Origin: a virus
Lineage: Duplodnaviria; Caudoviricetes
DNA: 64,000 nt
IMG/VR virus record: IMGVR_UViG_3300035696_000037
Location: 6,744 to 70,743 of that record
Direction: 5' to 3' (one strand)
The notes below the pieces were generated by a model. It saw only the letters and a program-made list of their open reading frames with translations, made no database searches and was not told where the DNA came from. The translations under genes were made by a program, and so were the position numbers. Below, piece by piece: positions 43,233 to 52,547 of the stretch (its first letter is position 1; the number at the start of each line of letters is the position of its first letter).

Positions 43233-46232
43233 CTAGTAGGCGATTATCGCCCTGGTTGGGATGTGCGGCTCATAGACGAAGGTCTGGTCATCCAGTGCCC
43301 GTCCGGCGACGATGACCCAGCTACAGTTCTGGAGTATGACCCCCGAGTAGTCTTGGGTCAGGAGTCCGGGGTCAACGGTGGGGCTAAACCCTCCCGCACC
43401 GGCATAGAGGAGCCCGCCAGCCACCCATCCCGCTCCGGGGACTTGGAAGACGGAGCCATATCCTATCGCCACCGTCACGGGTCCCCCGGCTTGCGCCGCC
43501 GAGAGGGTGACGCCGTCGATGTAGGGGTAGAAGTCATAAACGAACGGGGGACTACTCATATTCACGGCGGTGGGGTCGATGGGAGACACGCCGCCCGAGG
43601 AGTCCACGTAGACAGCCGTCAGGGGCGGCATGTCTACGGAGGCGACGAAGGTCGCCGAGCCATTGGACGTAGGCGAAGGCGGGACGACGGGGGTGACGTC
43701 GGGGGTACTTTGGTACATTATCACGCTCAGGAGGCTTCCTGGCCCCACGGTCTGGTCGGCGGCCAAGCTATGGGTCGCCCAGACTTGGATGACGTCCCCC
43801 ACGTTGAAGTTGAACGTAGCATTGAAGGGAAGAGCGACGGGTCCAGTCTGGCTGGGGTCGGTGGACTGCGTCAATATGACCACGGGAGGGGAGGATTCTA
43901 GGTATATCGTCACCGTCCTCACCCCGGCAGCGCCCGCCTCCCACGACAGTTGGCCGGATATGACGTAAGCGCCCGCCGCCGTGATGGTGAAGGTCGTCTG
44001 GCTGGTGACGTACCCCGTAAGGTCAAAATCGACTTGGTCGAACGCCACGAGAGCGCCCGCGATGCCGGGCGGGACATCCGTAGGGGAGTTGTCCACCTCG
44101 ACCTGGAAGCCGAAGTTCGAGGCTCCTTGAATCTGCTTCTGGACGCTGCTGATGGCCGTATTTAGCTCGTTGGCTATCTGGGACTTGAAGCTCATCAGGT
44201 TGGCCGCCGTGACGTTGCAGTAGAGCATCGCCTGCTGCACGGGGATGGACTGGCCTTGTATGTCAGGGCGGGCAAGGTAGGAGGCGGCGTCGAAGCTCGT
44301 CCCCGACCATCCCGTCTGGTTCGGGTTCTGCAACACGCTGTTGGAGTATACCACGATGGGGGCGATGGGAATGGCCAAGAGAGGGAACCCCGGCACCCAC
44401 GTGCGGATGCGGCTGCTGGCGTCCGCCATCACGGCATTGTAGTCTGCCGGGTTGCCCAAGGGGTCGATGGCGGAGTCGAGGACGTCGGCGTATCCGCAGA
44501 CGTAGCCGACGATGTAGGTATCCTGCACGAGCAACGACTGGAGGTTGTAGTTGAAGTCCCGCCAGAACTGGGTATACTTGTCCACGGAGGAGGCGATGGC
44601 GAACTGGTCGTAGGTGTAGCGGTTCTGCGGGTGGACGCTCTGGTACGTGGCGACGAGCCCAATCCTCGTATCGGCGGTCGAGATGACCTCCGCCATCGCC
44701 TTGGCTATGGCGGTCGGGAACGTGCAGGAGACCGGATAAGCGGCCTCCCCCTCGCCCAGCGTCACCGTGACGGTTGACGTCGGGTCGATGGTCACGAATG
44801 CATAGTCCAAGTCCGTCCCGGTGAAGCTGCCCACGTAGTTGTTGTCGGCATACCCGTCCCACGTCGTATTGCGGGGATAGCCCAAGATGGCTGCCTCGAC
44901 GTAGGACAATTTCCACAGGATGTTTCCCTGCTCCTCGGTGAAGGCGGGAGGCGAGCTCCCCGGCATGAGGGCCAGGGTGAGCGGGAGCGCCTGCGGGCCG
45001 GACGCCAGCACGGTGCCGGGCAAGACTTGGTTCCATGGAATGGGGTTGCTGGCAAGGTAAGTCACGGACGGCTGGACATAGTTCTGGTAGGCCGCCTCGA
45101 AGTTCGCAATCCACTGCCCCGCCCTGCCCCCACGGGAGCTGCTTACGTAGAAGACCCACGCCGAGGTGAGGTTGGGGTCGAAGTTGCTATCCACCACGTT
45201 TCCGAGTGTGACGTAGCGGACGAGGTCCTTGCGCAGGGTAGGCTGGCGGACGGCGTAGTTGGGATTGGTGTAGTCCGGGTCTGTGGGCTCGACGACGTCC
45301 GGCAGCAGGCTCGGTACGGCGCTGACGACATTCTGCTGGTAGGTCGCCGAAGGCATCTGATAGTTCGAGATGACGGTGCTAGGGCTGGGCAGGCTACCCT
45401 GCATGGAGGTATTGGGGTTGAAGTAGTTGGGGTAGGCCTGGTCGGGGGTGTAGTACGGTACCTTGGTAGTCCCCTGCATCTGGGCTATGAACGCCGGGTC
45501 GCTGAGGTTGACGCCGGTGTTGGGGATGAGCCCGCCGAGCGGGGGGACGAAGAGCGGGGTGCCATAAGTCAGGCCGTCATAGCTCTGCACGGTGCTGGGA
45601 AAGTTCCTCAGGATGTTCACGTTGGGGACGTGCAGGTTGCATTGCCCGAAGGCAAAGTTCACGTCGAAGTTGGGGTGCGGGATGAAGCTCGACAGGGGGA
45701 AGAAGTTGAACCCATTCCAGTGCCAGATGCCGTCGCTGAACAGGTTGGGGATGGCAGGAAGGTCGGGGAGCGCCCAGTTGCAGATGTCGTGGAGCAGGCT
45801 GGCGACGGCGTTCAGGTTCGCCTGTATGCTCTGGAGGATGTTCTGCTCCATGGACTGGATGATGCCGACGTTCTTGACCATCGCCTGGATGAGGGCGATG
45901 GTTTCTTGCTCGAACGCCGACACCTTCTGCATGAAGGTGATGACGTCATAGCCGTACTTGATGGCACGCCAAGGGTTGTCCAGCTTGCCGTCCGTGGCCA
46001 GCTTGACCTTGTCGAACATGTGCTGGATGTCAACGTTTATCTGGTTCCGGCGCTGGATGAGCCAGTGGTTGGCGTCGGTGACGCTGGTCTCCAGCGCCCT
46101 GCCGTCTTCGAGGGACTTGTGGTAGAAGTTCTCCACCGATGGGTCGCCGAGCGGGTTCCAGTTGGTGACCTGCTTCTTGGCCTTTATCGGCCAAAGCTCC
46201 GCGTTCTGTAATTGCTGCGTGAATCCGCCCAT
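43233..46232 (-). CDS. Virion structural protein (999 aa) with C1q/TNF-like domain and C-terminal small beta domain
   Basis: 'ALVAFDQVDFDLTGY....TFTITAAGAYVISGQL...FNVGDVIQVW' C1q-like pattern; located downstream of the spike gene. Confidence 0.6.
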   Translation of the reverse strand: MGGFTQQLQNAELWPIKAKKQVTNWNPLGDPSVENFYHKSLEDGRALETSVTDANHWLIQRRNQINVDIQHMFDKVKLATDGKLDNPWRAIKYGYDVITFMQKVSAFEQETIALIQAMVKNVGIIQSMEQNILQSIQANLNAVASLLHDICNWALPDLPAIPNLFSDGIWHWNGFNFFPLSSFIPHPNFDVNFAFGQCNLHVPNVNILRNFPSTVQSYDGLTYGTPLFVPPLGGLIPNTGVNLSDPAFIAQMQGTTKVPYYTPDQAYPNYFNPNTSMQGSLPSPSTVISNYQMPSATYQQNVVSAVPSLLPDVVEPTDPDYTNPNYAVRQPTLRKDLVRYVTLGNVVDSNFDPNLTSAWVFYVSSSRGGRAGQWIANFEAAYQNYVQPSVTYLASNPIPWNQVLPGTVLASGPQALPLTLALMPGSSPPAFTEEQGNILWKLSYVEAAILGYPRNTTWDGYADNNYVGSFTGTDLDYAFVTIDPTSTVTVTLGEGEAAYPVSCTFPTAIAKAMAEVISTADTRIGLVATYQSVHPQNRYTYDQFAIASSVDKYTQFWRDFNYNLQSLLVQDTYIVGYVCGYADVLDSAIDPLGNPADYNAVMADASSRIRTWVPGFPLLAIPIAPIVVYSNSVLQNPNQTGWSGTSFDAASYLARPDIQGQSIPVQQAMLYCNVTAANLMSFKSQIANELNTAISSVQKQIQGASNFGFQVEVDNSPTDVPPGIAGALVAFDQVDFDLTGYVTSQTTFTITAAGAYVISGQLSWEAGAAGVRTVTIYLESSPPVVILTQSTDPSQTGPVALPFNATFNFNVGDVIQVWATHSLAADQTVGPGSLLSVIMYQSTPDVTPVVPPSPTSNGSATFVASVDMPPLTAVYVDSSGGVSPIDPTAVNMSSPPFVYDFYPYIDGVTLSAAQAGGPVTVAIGYGSVFQVPGAGWVAGGLLYAGAGGFSPTVDPGLLTQDYSGVILQNCSWVIVAGRALDDQTFVYEPHIPTRAIIAY

Positions 46233-46233
46233 G

Positions 46234-48609
46234 TTAAGTCCAACTCTGCTGATAGGGATAGGAAATCCCGTTGCTCTGGATTATCGGCGCTTCCACCGTA
46301 TGCATGCCCAGCGCCACGGAATGAATATCTTGCGCCGTGGTGATGTCCGCCAGCTTGGTTATCCTCCTGAAGTTGGTGCATTCCAAGATGTAGTCGCCCG
46401 TTACGCTCTGATGGAAATTCCCCTTTACCATGAGGTCAACATCCCCATTGATTTCCAGCCGCAGCCCCTTCTTGGCGCTGCTCTGGCCGATGGTCATCTC
46501 GACGCCGCCGTCGAGAGCGCCCGTGAGCGAGCGTCCTTGGTTGTCCTTGCCCGCCGCCAGCACTATGCCGCCGTCCAAGTCCAGCAGCAATGACTGGCCG
46601 GAAGACGGGTTCTTGCCGATGCGCAAAAGGACGTCCCTGACGGCGTGGAAGTCTAGGCTCAGGCCGTGTCCATCCATGCCGGGAAGGACGGGGTTTCCCA
46701 GCCATTGGTTGTATGGGACGTATCCAATCCTCGGCGAGCCCGCCCCGCTCAACCCCACGTATGTAGGCTGAGGGTTGGATATGTTCGTCCGGTCCCCGTG
46801 GGTAAAGGCATAGTTGGTGTCTCCCGCCCCGTAAGTCGGCCTGCCGGGGCTATGGGAGTTCGTGTATCCCGTCACGAACTGTTTTCCTTGGCCGTCCGTA
46901 TACCCGTTGACGAGGTGCCGCCGCAGGGCGTTGATATTCCTGCCGCCGAGGCGTGCCACGATGGCCCCGTCAGTGGCCATGCGGATGCTGACGCTCTCCG
47001 CCCCCGTCTTGTCCTCAAGGTTTCCGGGGTCTCCGGGGCTGAGCTTGGCGGAAGTCCAATACTGGAGCGTCCGGCGCTGCACGGCGTCCTTGCTGCCCCG
47101 TATCTGCGTCTGCACGGAGCGCCCGGAGTCGGGCAGGCTGGCGTCGTCGCACCCGAGGCGAATGACCGATTGGCCGAGTGCCTGCAAGTCTACGGCATCC
47201 TCCTCGTCCCTGTTCTTTCCGACGACCAGCTTGAGGCTGCCCACGAGATGCCCTTCCACGGACCTTCCAGCCCCGTGCGGATGCTCGTAGATTCCGTTGG
47301 GGGCGGGATTGGAGGGAAAGTCGGTGTTCTCTTGGGGAATGGTGCTGCCGACCTCGAAAGTCAGCATGCCTTCCTTGGAAACGTCCCAGCGGGTAGTATT
47401 GTACTCGTTCGGAAAGCGTGTGGAATAAGCTGAGGCCGCTAGCCGGGCCTCGTCATGGTCAGTGGAATCGGTGACGGGGTTGTACCCGCTCTCGAAGTCC
47501 GCCCCGAATCTTCCCCCGCCATTGAGGGCGGTATTGGCGGTCAATGCCGAGAGGACGGGCTTGAGGACCTGCCCGTAGGTGCTGGTGTCGAACCGGTTGT
47601 AGCCCACCAGCGTCCCCTCCGTATGTTCGAGGATGAACCCCTTGCGGGCGGGAGTCGGGCCTTCCCCGAGGGTCGGGCCTACGGGGGCAGTGCCGGGAAG
47701 GGTGGGATGGTCGAAGGCCTGCGTGGCGAAATAGGTCGTGCTATCGACCTGGAAGTTGCCGGACGCCGACACCATGGTGCGTACCCATGGGCTCTGCGTG
47801 GTGCCGAGGACGTAGTCCAAGAGGTCGGTCTGCAAGACCTCGGGCGGCAACGGGTAGTCGAGGGCGAACTCCTGCACCCTCGTGGTGTTCTCCACGAACG
47901 GCGTGACGTCCTGCTGGTTGTCGAGGTACCGGTCGGATAGTTGGGAGCCGGGCTGTAGGAACAGGGTGTATTCCCTCGACCCGTCCGGCATGATGGTGGG
48001 ATTGATGTTGTCGGCGTCCGGGCGGACCGCAGGCCCCTCGAAGGTCAGGCCCGCGTCCGAGTACTTGACGCGGCGGGAGGTCACGATGCTCCATGTGCGG
48101 CTGTTGGGGTCGACGTTCTCCCGGTCGAACCCCGCCGAGGCCCTATCCCATCCGGGGTTGATGCGCTCGGTATACCCCTGCGAATAGGAAGCCGCACGCT
48201 GGCCGGGGTAGGCCTTGCGGTAGTTGCCGCGTCTTCGCTCGTTCAGTCCTGCGACTCCCTCCAATTCTCGCATGGAGATGGAGTCCTGCGCACGAGATAC
48301 GTGCGAGAGCGTCCACGAAATGATGGCGACTTGGGAATGCCCGCCGAAATAAAAGAGAGGAGCACACAAGCAAGTAGCCCCCTGCTCGGGCATCGGGATG
48401 TCGGTGGACTCATAGGAGCTATAGGCTGCGGGCAGAATTCCCACCTCGGAATAAGTCACCTTGCTGCGAACGTCCTCTACCGTGCAGATTTGCCGTTCAT
48501 AGTCCACCGTCTTGACAACGCCAAGGAAGACCTGAAACTGCTCCGTCATCCTCGTAGGAGCAGAGGGTTGGTCTTTATAAAGATGGACGTTGCTGACAGG
48601 AAGCGACAT
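46234..48609 (-). CDS. Baseplate central spike (gp5/gpV/VgrG-like OB-fold plus beta-helix) (791 aa)
   Basis: N-terminal 'FLGVVKTVDYERQICTVED...PMPEQGATCL' OB-fold; C-terminal 'LEINGDVDLMVKGNFHQSVTGDY' beta-prism repeats. Confidence 0.7.
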   Translation of the reverse strand: MSLPVSNVHLYKDQPSAPTRMTEQFQVFLGVVKTVDYERQICTVEDVRSKVTYSEVGILPAAYSSYESTDIPMPEQGATCLCAPLFYFGGHSQVAIISWTLSHVSRAQDSISMRELEGVAGLNERRRGNYRKAYPGQRAASYSQGYTERINPGWDRASAGFDRENVDPNSRTWSIVTSRRVKYSDAGLTFEGPAVRPDADNINPTIMPDGSREYTLFLQPGSQLSDRYLDNQQDVTPFVENTTRVQEFALDYPLPPEVLQTDLLDYVLGTTQSPWVRTMVSASGNFQVDSTTYFATQAFDHPTLPGTAPVGPTLGEGPTPARKGFILEHTEGTLVGYNRFDTSTYGQVLKPVLSALTANTALNGGGRFGADFESGYNPVTDSTDHDEARLAASAYSTRFPNEYNTTRWDVSKEGMLTFEVGSTIPQENTDFPSNPAPNGIYEHPHGAGRSVEGHLVGSLKLVVGKNRDEEDAVDLQALGQSVIRLGCDDASLPDSGRSVQTQIRGSKDAVQRRTLQYWTSAKLSPGDPGNLEDKTGAESVSIRMATDGAIVARLGGRNINALRRHLVNGYTDGQGKQFVTGYTNSHSPGRPTYGAGDTNYAFTHGDRTNISNPQPTYVGLSGAGSPRIGYVPYNQWLGNPVLPGMDGHGLSLDFHAVRDVLLRIGKNPSSGQSLLLDLDGGIVLAAGKDNQGRSLTGALDGGVEMTIGQSSAKKGLRLEINGDVDLMVKGNFHQSVTGDYILECTNFRRITKLADITTAQDIHSVALGMHTVEAPIIQSNGISYPYQQSWT

Positions 48610-48611
48610 GG

Positions 48612-51332
48612 CTAACTATTACCACCTCCCAAAGGATTTGTGAGCGTTGGCAACGTCGGCACAGGAACGGGCTCGCTGGACTTCGTGGTGGAAAGCTGCT
48701 TGACCGTCTGCGTATTGGTAGAAGACTTTCCACCCGTCAAAAAGACCCCGAGGGTATCATTGACGGCGTTGAGGTCGCTGGTCTGTGCCTGCACCTGTTC
48801 CTGCATGTCCGGCTGGAGGTCCTGCGTCAGGCTGTTGTCAGTGCCGGGATAGTTGAAGTCCGGCGTCTCAAGCTCGATGACGGAATCAAGCTCCACGGAA
48901 TCGAACAGGGAGCTTACCTCACCGGAAGCCTCGGACGTGCCGGGAGTGCCGGTGTGAAGCTGTCCAAGCTGCAAGGTGGAGAATTGCCCCACGATGGTCG
49001 GGTCGTTGGGTGCCGCCATGCCTGCAAACAAAAAGCTCTGGACACCGGCCAATTCGTCTGCACTTAGGGCTGCCGCCGAGGACGAAGTGAGGATGCCAAG
49101 ACGGGTCTCCCTTATGGCGTCAAGGAGGGTGACCCACCTGCCCCACGGGAACGGCGATACGACTTCGTACCCCTTTTCGTCGGTATAGGGCTGGCAGTTG
49201 AGGATTTTGTAGTAGTACACCCAGTTTATGCCGCCCTGCCAGTAATCGCTGCTGAAGAAGTGCGTATCCCTCCTTATGCCCGTAGGCTGGGGGGTTCCGC
49301 TGGAATCCTTTATCTGCTCGTCGTCAGCCGTGGTGATATCGTTTTGCACTCGGTAGCAATAGTCCTTGGTATCGAACCTGGAAGACCACATGCTGCCTAT
49401 GGACTCCCGCATGCTCTTGATGTAGGCCCACTCATCTTGGGAGAACGGCGCATCCTGTGGCTGGCGTTGGGTAGGGACGTTCCCTATGAGATTGACGATG
49501 TCCGTGGACGGGCTCCCGCCTTGCGTCATCCCCGATGCCGAGCCGGTAAGCTGCTGGGACGACCACGTCGGAGCGATGGCTTGGGGTTGTCCGTTGGGGG
49601 GCTTGGTCCACTGCATGACGAGATATGGCTGGCTCGTGTAGCTTGTCACTTGGTTGCCGTTGATTGTGGTGACGGAGGGGATGAGGAGCCGCTTGCGGAC
49701 CGTGTCCGTGGTTATCTGCATGGTGGCCGACTGCCCCTGCTGATAGTTGATTCCTATGGTCTTGATGTACCCGTACATGTCCTTATGTGGAAAATACATC
49801 GGAAATCCGAGGCGGATTTCCGGGCGGAGGGGAATGGTGATGCTGTAGGTCCTGTACCCACGGTTGGTCCTCGCCATCTCGCTGGCGGCGTAGGCATACA
49901 TGATTTTGGTGTCGTGGCAGCGGATGAAGGGAAGCTGTCGGGCCGGTTCCTCCCTTAGCCCAAACTTGGAGAGCTTGGCGATGTCGATGTGGTCGACGAT
50001 GGGGGTGAGGATGCGGCTGTTCTCGGTATCGAAATGGTAGTTGGTGAGCCAGTCTCCCTGCATGGTCATGCGGGTGACCCTCACGGCGTGTTCATCCTCG
50101 GTCTCGGACTCCGACACTATTTCGCTGAGGTAGACCACGAACGGATTCGTCTGGGGCGTGATGTAGTTGGCCAAGCTTTTCTTGCTGGAGTTCGGGTCAT
50201 TAGTCCCGATGTTGCCATTGGTCACGTCAAGATTGTACAGCGGCGGCTTGAAGATTATGGCCCCGTCAAGGTCTTGGTATCCCTCGTACATGATGAGGTT
50301 GACGATGGAACGGATGCGCTCCAGGCGGGAGGTTATCTTCCCGTTGAGGAGTTGAAGGCTGCTCACCGACATGTCGGGGAGGTACTTCCGCATGATGTCG
50401 ATGTACATGTCGGGGTCGTTCCTCGTATCGGCAGGAGAAGAGTTGGGGGGGCGCTGCGAACGGGGGGCGGTCAACGCCGGGTCCAAGCTCCCGAAAGCAT
50501 CCTGATGCACATGGGTCAGCGTGTCAGAAAGGGTGTATGGGTCGTCAACCTTGGTCACGGAGCCAAGCTGGTATCCCAAGATGCGCACGTCCTTTACGAG
50601 GTTGGCCAGCTTGGCCTGCCACCTCAGGATGTAGCCCTCATGGATGGCGTCGGCCCAATCGGAGCTATTCTTCTGGCCCTGCGCCACGGTTGCTTGTTGG
50701 AGGGAGTTCATCTGGAACCCGGCGGTGGTAACATCCCGAAGGAAGGTGTCGGCAAGTTGCTTGTAGGGGTCCATGTGCGATTGGTCGCTCTTCAACACCG
50801 TCAGGTAGCCCAAGGGGGAGTTGCTCTGGATGGCCGGGGCCAAGTCCACCTGTGCTATCTCCAGCAGCCGCAGCGTGCCCTCAAGGCCGACCGTTATCTG
50901 CAAATTGGTTCCGGGGTCCACGTAAGAGACGCTGGATATCAGCCCCTTGAAGACCCGATAGTAGAGGGTGTTGCCCCGCACGGAAGGGAAATACCCCTTG
51001 GCAAAGACCTGCACTTCCATCATTGGCTCAAGGATGTTGGCGGCACCGGCTGGAGACTGGAAAAGCCTCTTAAGGTTGTTGGGGACCGAAAGGGTTATGC
51101 TGCCGGAAGGGACAAGGTTGTCGATGTCGTAGGAGGCCGAAAATGAATCTACGAAATCGTTGAAGTTGACGACGGTATAGCCTCCGTCCGACTGATTCTT
51201 GGGGTCCTGCGAGTTGATGTACCGGTTGATGAGGTAGGGACGCCCCTCGATGTACACGACGATGTCCGGGGCGGTCTTGACGACCTCCCGCTCGCCGTGC
51301 GACTGGATGATGTTCCTTATCTTGTCCGCCAT
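48612..51332 (-). CDS. Baseplate hub protein (gp27/gpD-like) (906 aa)
   Basis: 'MEVQVFAKGY...YYRVFKGLISSV...SRLERIRSIV..YEGYQDLDGAIIFKPP...IPLRPEIRLGFP' hub-like pattern; position before the spike gene. Confidence 0.72.
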   Translation of the reverse strand: MADKIRNIIQSHGEREVVKTAPDIVVYIEGRPYLINRYINSQDPKNQSDGGYTVVNFNDFVDSFSASYDIDNLVPSGSITLSVPNNLKRLFQSPAGAANILEPMMEVQVFAKGYFPSVRGNTLYYRVFKGLISSVSYVDPGTNLQITVGLEGTLRLLEIAQVDLAPAIQSNSPLGYLTVLKSDQSHMDPYKQLADTFLRDVTTAGFQMNSLQQATVAQGQKNSSDWADAIHEGYILRWQAKLANLVKDVRILGYQLGSVTKVDDPYTLSDTLTHVHQDAFGSLDPALTAPRSQRPPNSSPADTRNDPDMYIDIMRKYLPDMSVSSLQLLNGKITSRLERIRSIVNLIMYEGYQDLDGAIIFKPPLYNLDVTNGNIGTNDPNSSKKSLANYITPQTNPFVVYLSEIVSESETEDEHAVRVTRMTMQGDWLTNYHFDTENSRILTPIVDHIDIAKLSKFGLREEPARQLPFIRCHDTKIMYAYAASEMARTNRGYRTYSITIPLRPEIRLGFPMYFPHKDMYGYIKTIGINYQQGQSATMQITTDTVRKRLLIPSVTTINGNQVTSYTSQPYLVMQWTKPPNGQPQAIAPTWSSQQLTGSASGMTQGGSPSTDIVNLIGNVPTQRQPQDAPFSQDEWAYIKSMRESIGSMWSSRFDTKDYCYRVQNDITTADDEQIKDSSGTPQPTGIRRDTHFFSSDYWQGGINWVYYYKILNCQPYTDEKGYEVVSPFPWGRWVTLLDAIRETRLGILTSSSAAALSADELAGVQSFLFAGMAAPNDPTIVGQFSTLQLGQLHTGTPGTSEASGEVSSLFDSVELDSVIELETPDFNYPGTDNSLTQDLQPDMQEQVQAQTSDLNAVNDTLGVFLTGGKSSTNTQTVKQLSTTKSSEPVPVPTLPTLTNPLGGGNS

Positions 51333-51335
51333 GTT

Positions 51336-52547
51336 TTAGCCTCCTGTGTCGCCCATCGTAGACTGCAAAAGGTTGGGATTCCCGGCGATGTTGGGGGTCA
51401 ACGAAACGGACGGAGATATCGACACGTTGGAAGAACTGACGTAAGCGCTCGACTGGATGGCTGGGGAAAATGGGTTGACGTTGTATTTGCTGTTAGCAAA
51501 GCCTTGGGCTATCTGGCTGACATTGGGGGAAAAGGAGAGGGACGTCCCGCTCTGCGTCCCGGCAGGCGGCACGGGGGGTTTCTCTGCGGCTATGTAGGCG
51601 TAGGCCCCGTATGAATGCCCACGTTCGATGTTGGTGGGCTGGCTGTTGAAGTAGGGGGATGACTTCCTGAATCTTTCCTTCCATGACAGGAAGCTAAGGC
51701 GGAACTCTGCACGGTAGGGATGCTCGGCATCCAAGGTGTATCCAAAATCTTGGAACATCCCATACCAGATGAAGTTGCCTACGACAAGCTGGACGTCTTG
51801 GTGCTTCTTGATGCGCCTGCGGGCATAGCCGGGGGCCAAAGGCCCCTCGTTGCTCTCCTCGCCCTCGAACCAATATCCGTTGTTCTCGAAGAAGAGGACA
51901 AGCTGCTGGAGGTTGCGCCACGACTCGGCAAAGTAGGAATATCCGTCCGTGAGGCCGTAGGACCAATACTGCCCCGGAGTGTGCCCGGAAAGGTTGATGG
52001 TGATGAGGCTCTCGCCCCAGACCCCGAATTGCCATCCGGCACGGGTGAATGCTTGGGCATCCTCCACGTTCCGCCCAATCTGTGCCGTCTGGGGACTAAT
52101 CAGGAAGCGGTACTCGGCGGTAAGGGCGGGATTGTAGCGTCCGTTGGAATCCAGCCCCCGGTGCGGCAGGCGGACTATCACGTAGTCCACGAACTCCCGC
52201 TTGGCGGCGGTCGTATAGAAGTCTTGGGCAGTGGGCGTAGGAGCATTTTGGGTCTGGATGCTGACGGCGGACTCTATCTGTGCCAGCGCCATGGCGTTTT
52301 CGGGGATGAATCGCTTTTCCGACCGTATGGGGAGAAGCTGGACCGGGACGGCGGAGTTGGCGGGACGGGAGGCATGGATGTCGCTCATGTCGTTGATGTC
52401 GCCGGTAGCTTGCGGCACCAAAGCTGCTTGGGTGGGGACGGAAATGGTGGGGACGGGCGCAATAGGCCCGGATTCGACCGTTATGGACGTAGGCGGCAAT
52501 GTGATTATCTGTGTCTGTCCCATGTTATCCTGTCGGGTTGAAGACAA
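51336..52547 (-). CDS. Tail-tube-initiator/baseplate-associated protein (403 aa)
   Basis: Shares a core with the C-terminal half of the upstream SLT protein (TRAGWQFGVWG...WYGMFQDFGYTLDAEHPYRAEFRLSF). Confidence 0.5.
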   Translation of the reverse strand: MSSTRQDNMGQTQIITLPPTSITVESGPIAPVPTISVPTQAALVPQATGDINDMSDIHASRPANSAVPVQLLPIRSEKRFIPENAMALAQIESAVSIQTQNAPTPTAQDFYTTAAKREFVDYVIVRLPHRGLDSNGRYNPALTAEYRFLISPQTAQIGRNVEDAQAFTRAGWQFGVWGESLITINLSGHTPGQYWSYGLTDGYSYFAESWRNLQQLVLFFENNGYWFEGEESNEGPLAPGYARRRIKKHQDVQLVVGNFIWYGMFQDFGYTLDAEHPYRAEFRLSFLSWKERFRKSSPYFNSQPTNIERGHSYGAYAYIAAEKPPVPPAGTQSGTSLSFSPNVSQIAQGFANSKYNVNPFSPAIQSSAYVSSSNVSISPSVSLTPNIAGNPNLLQSTMGDTGG

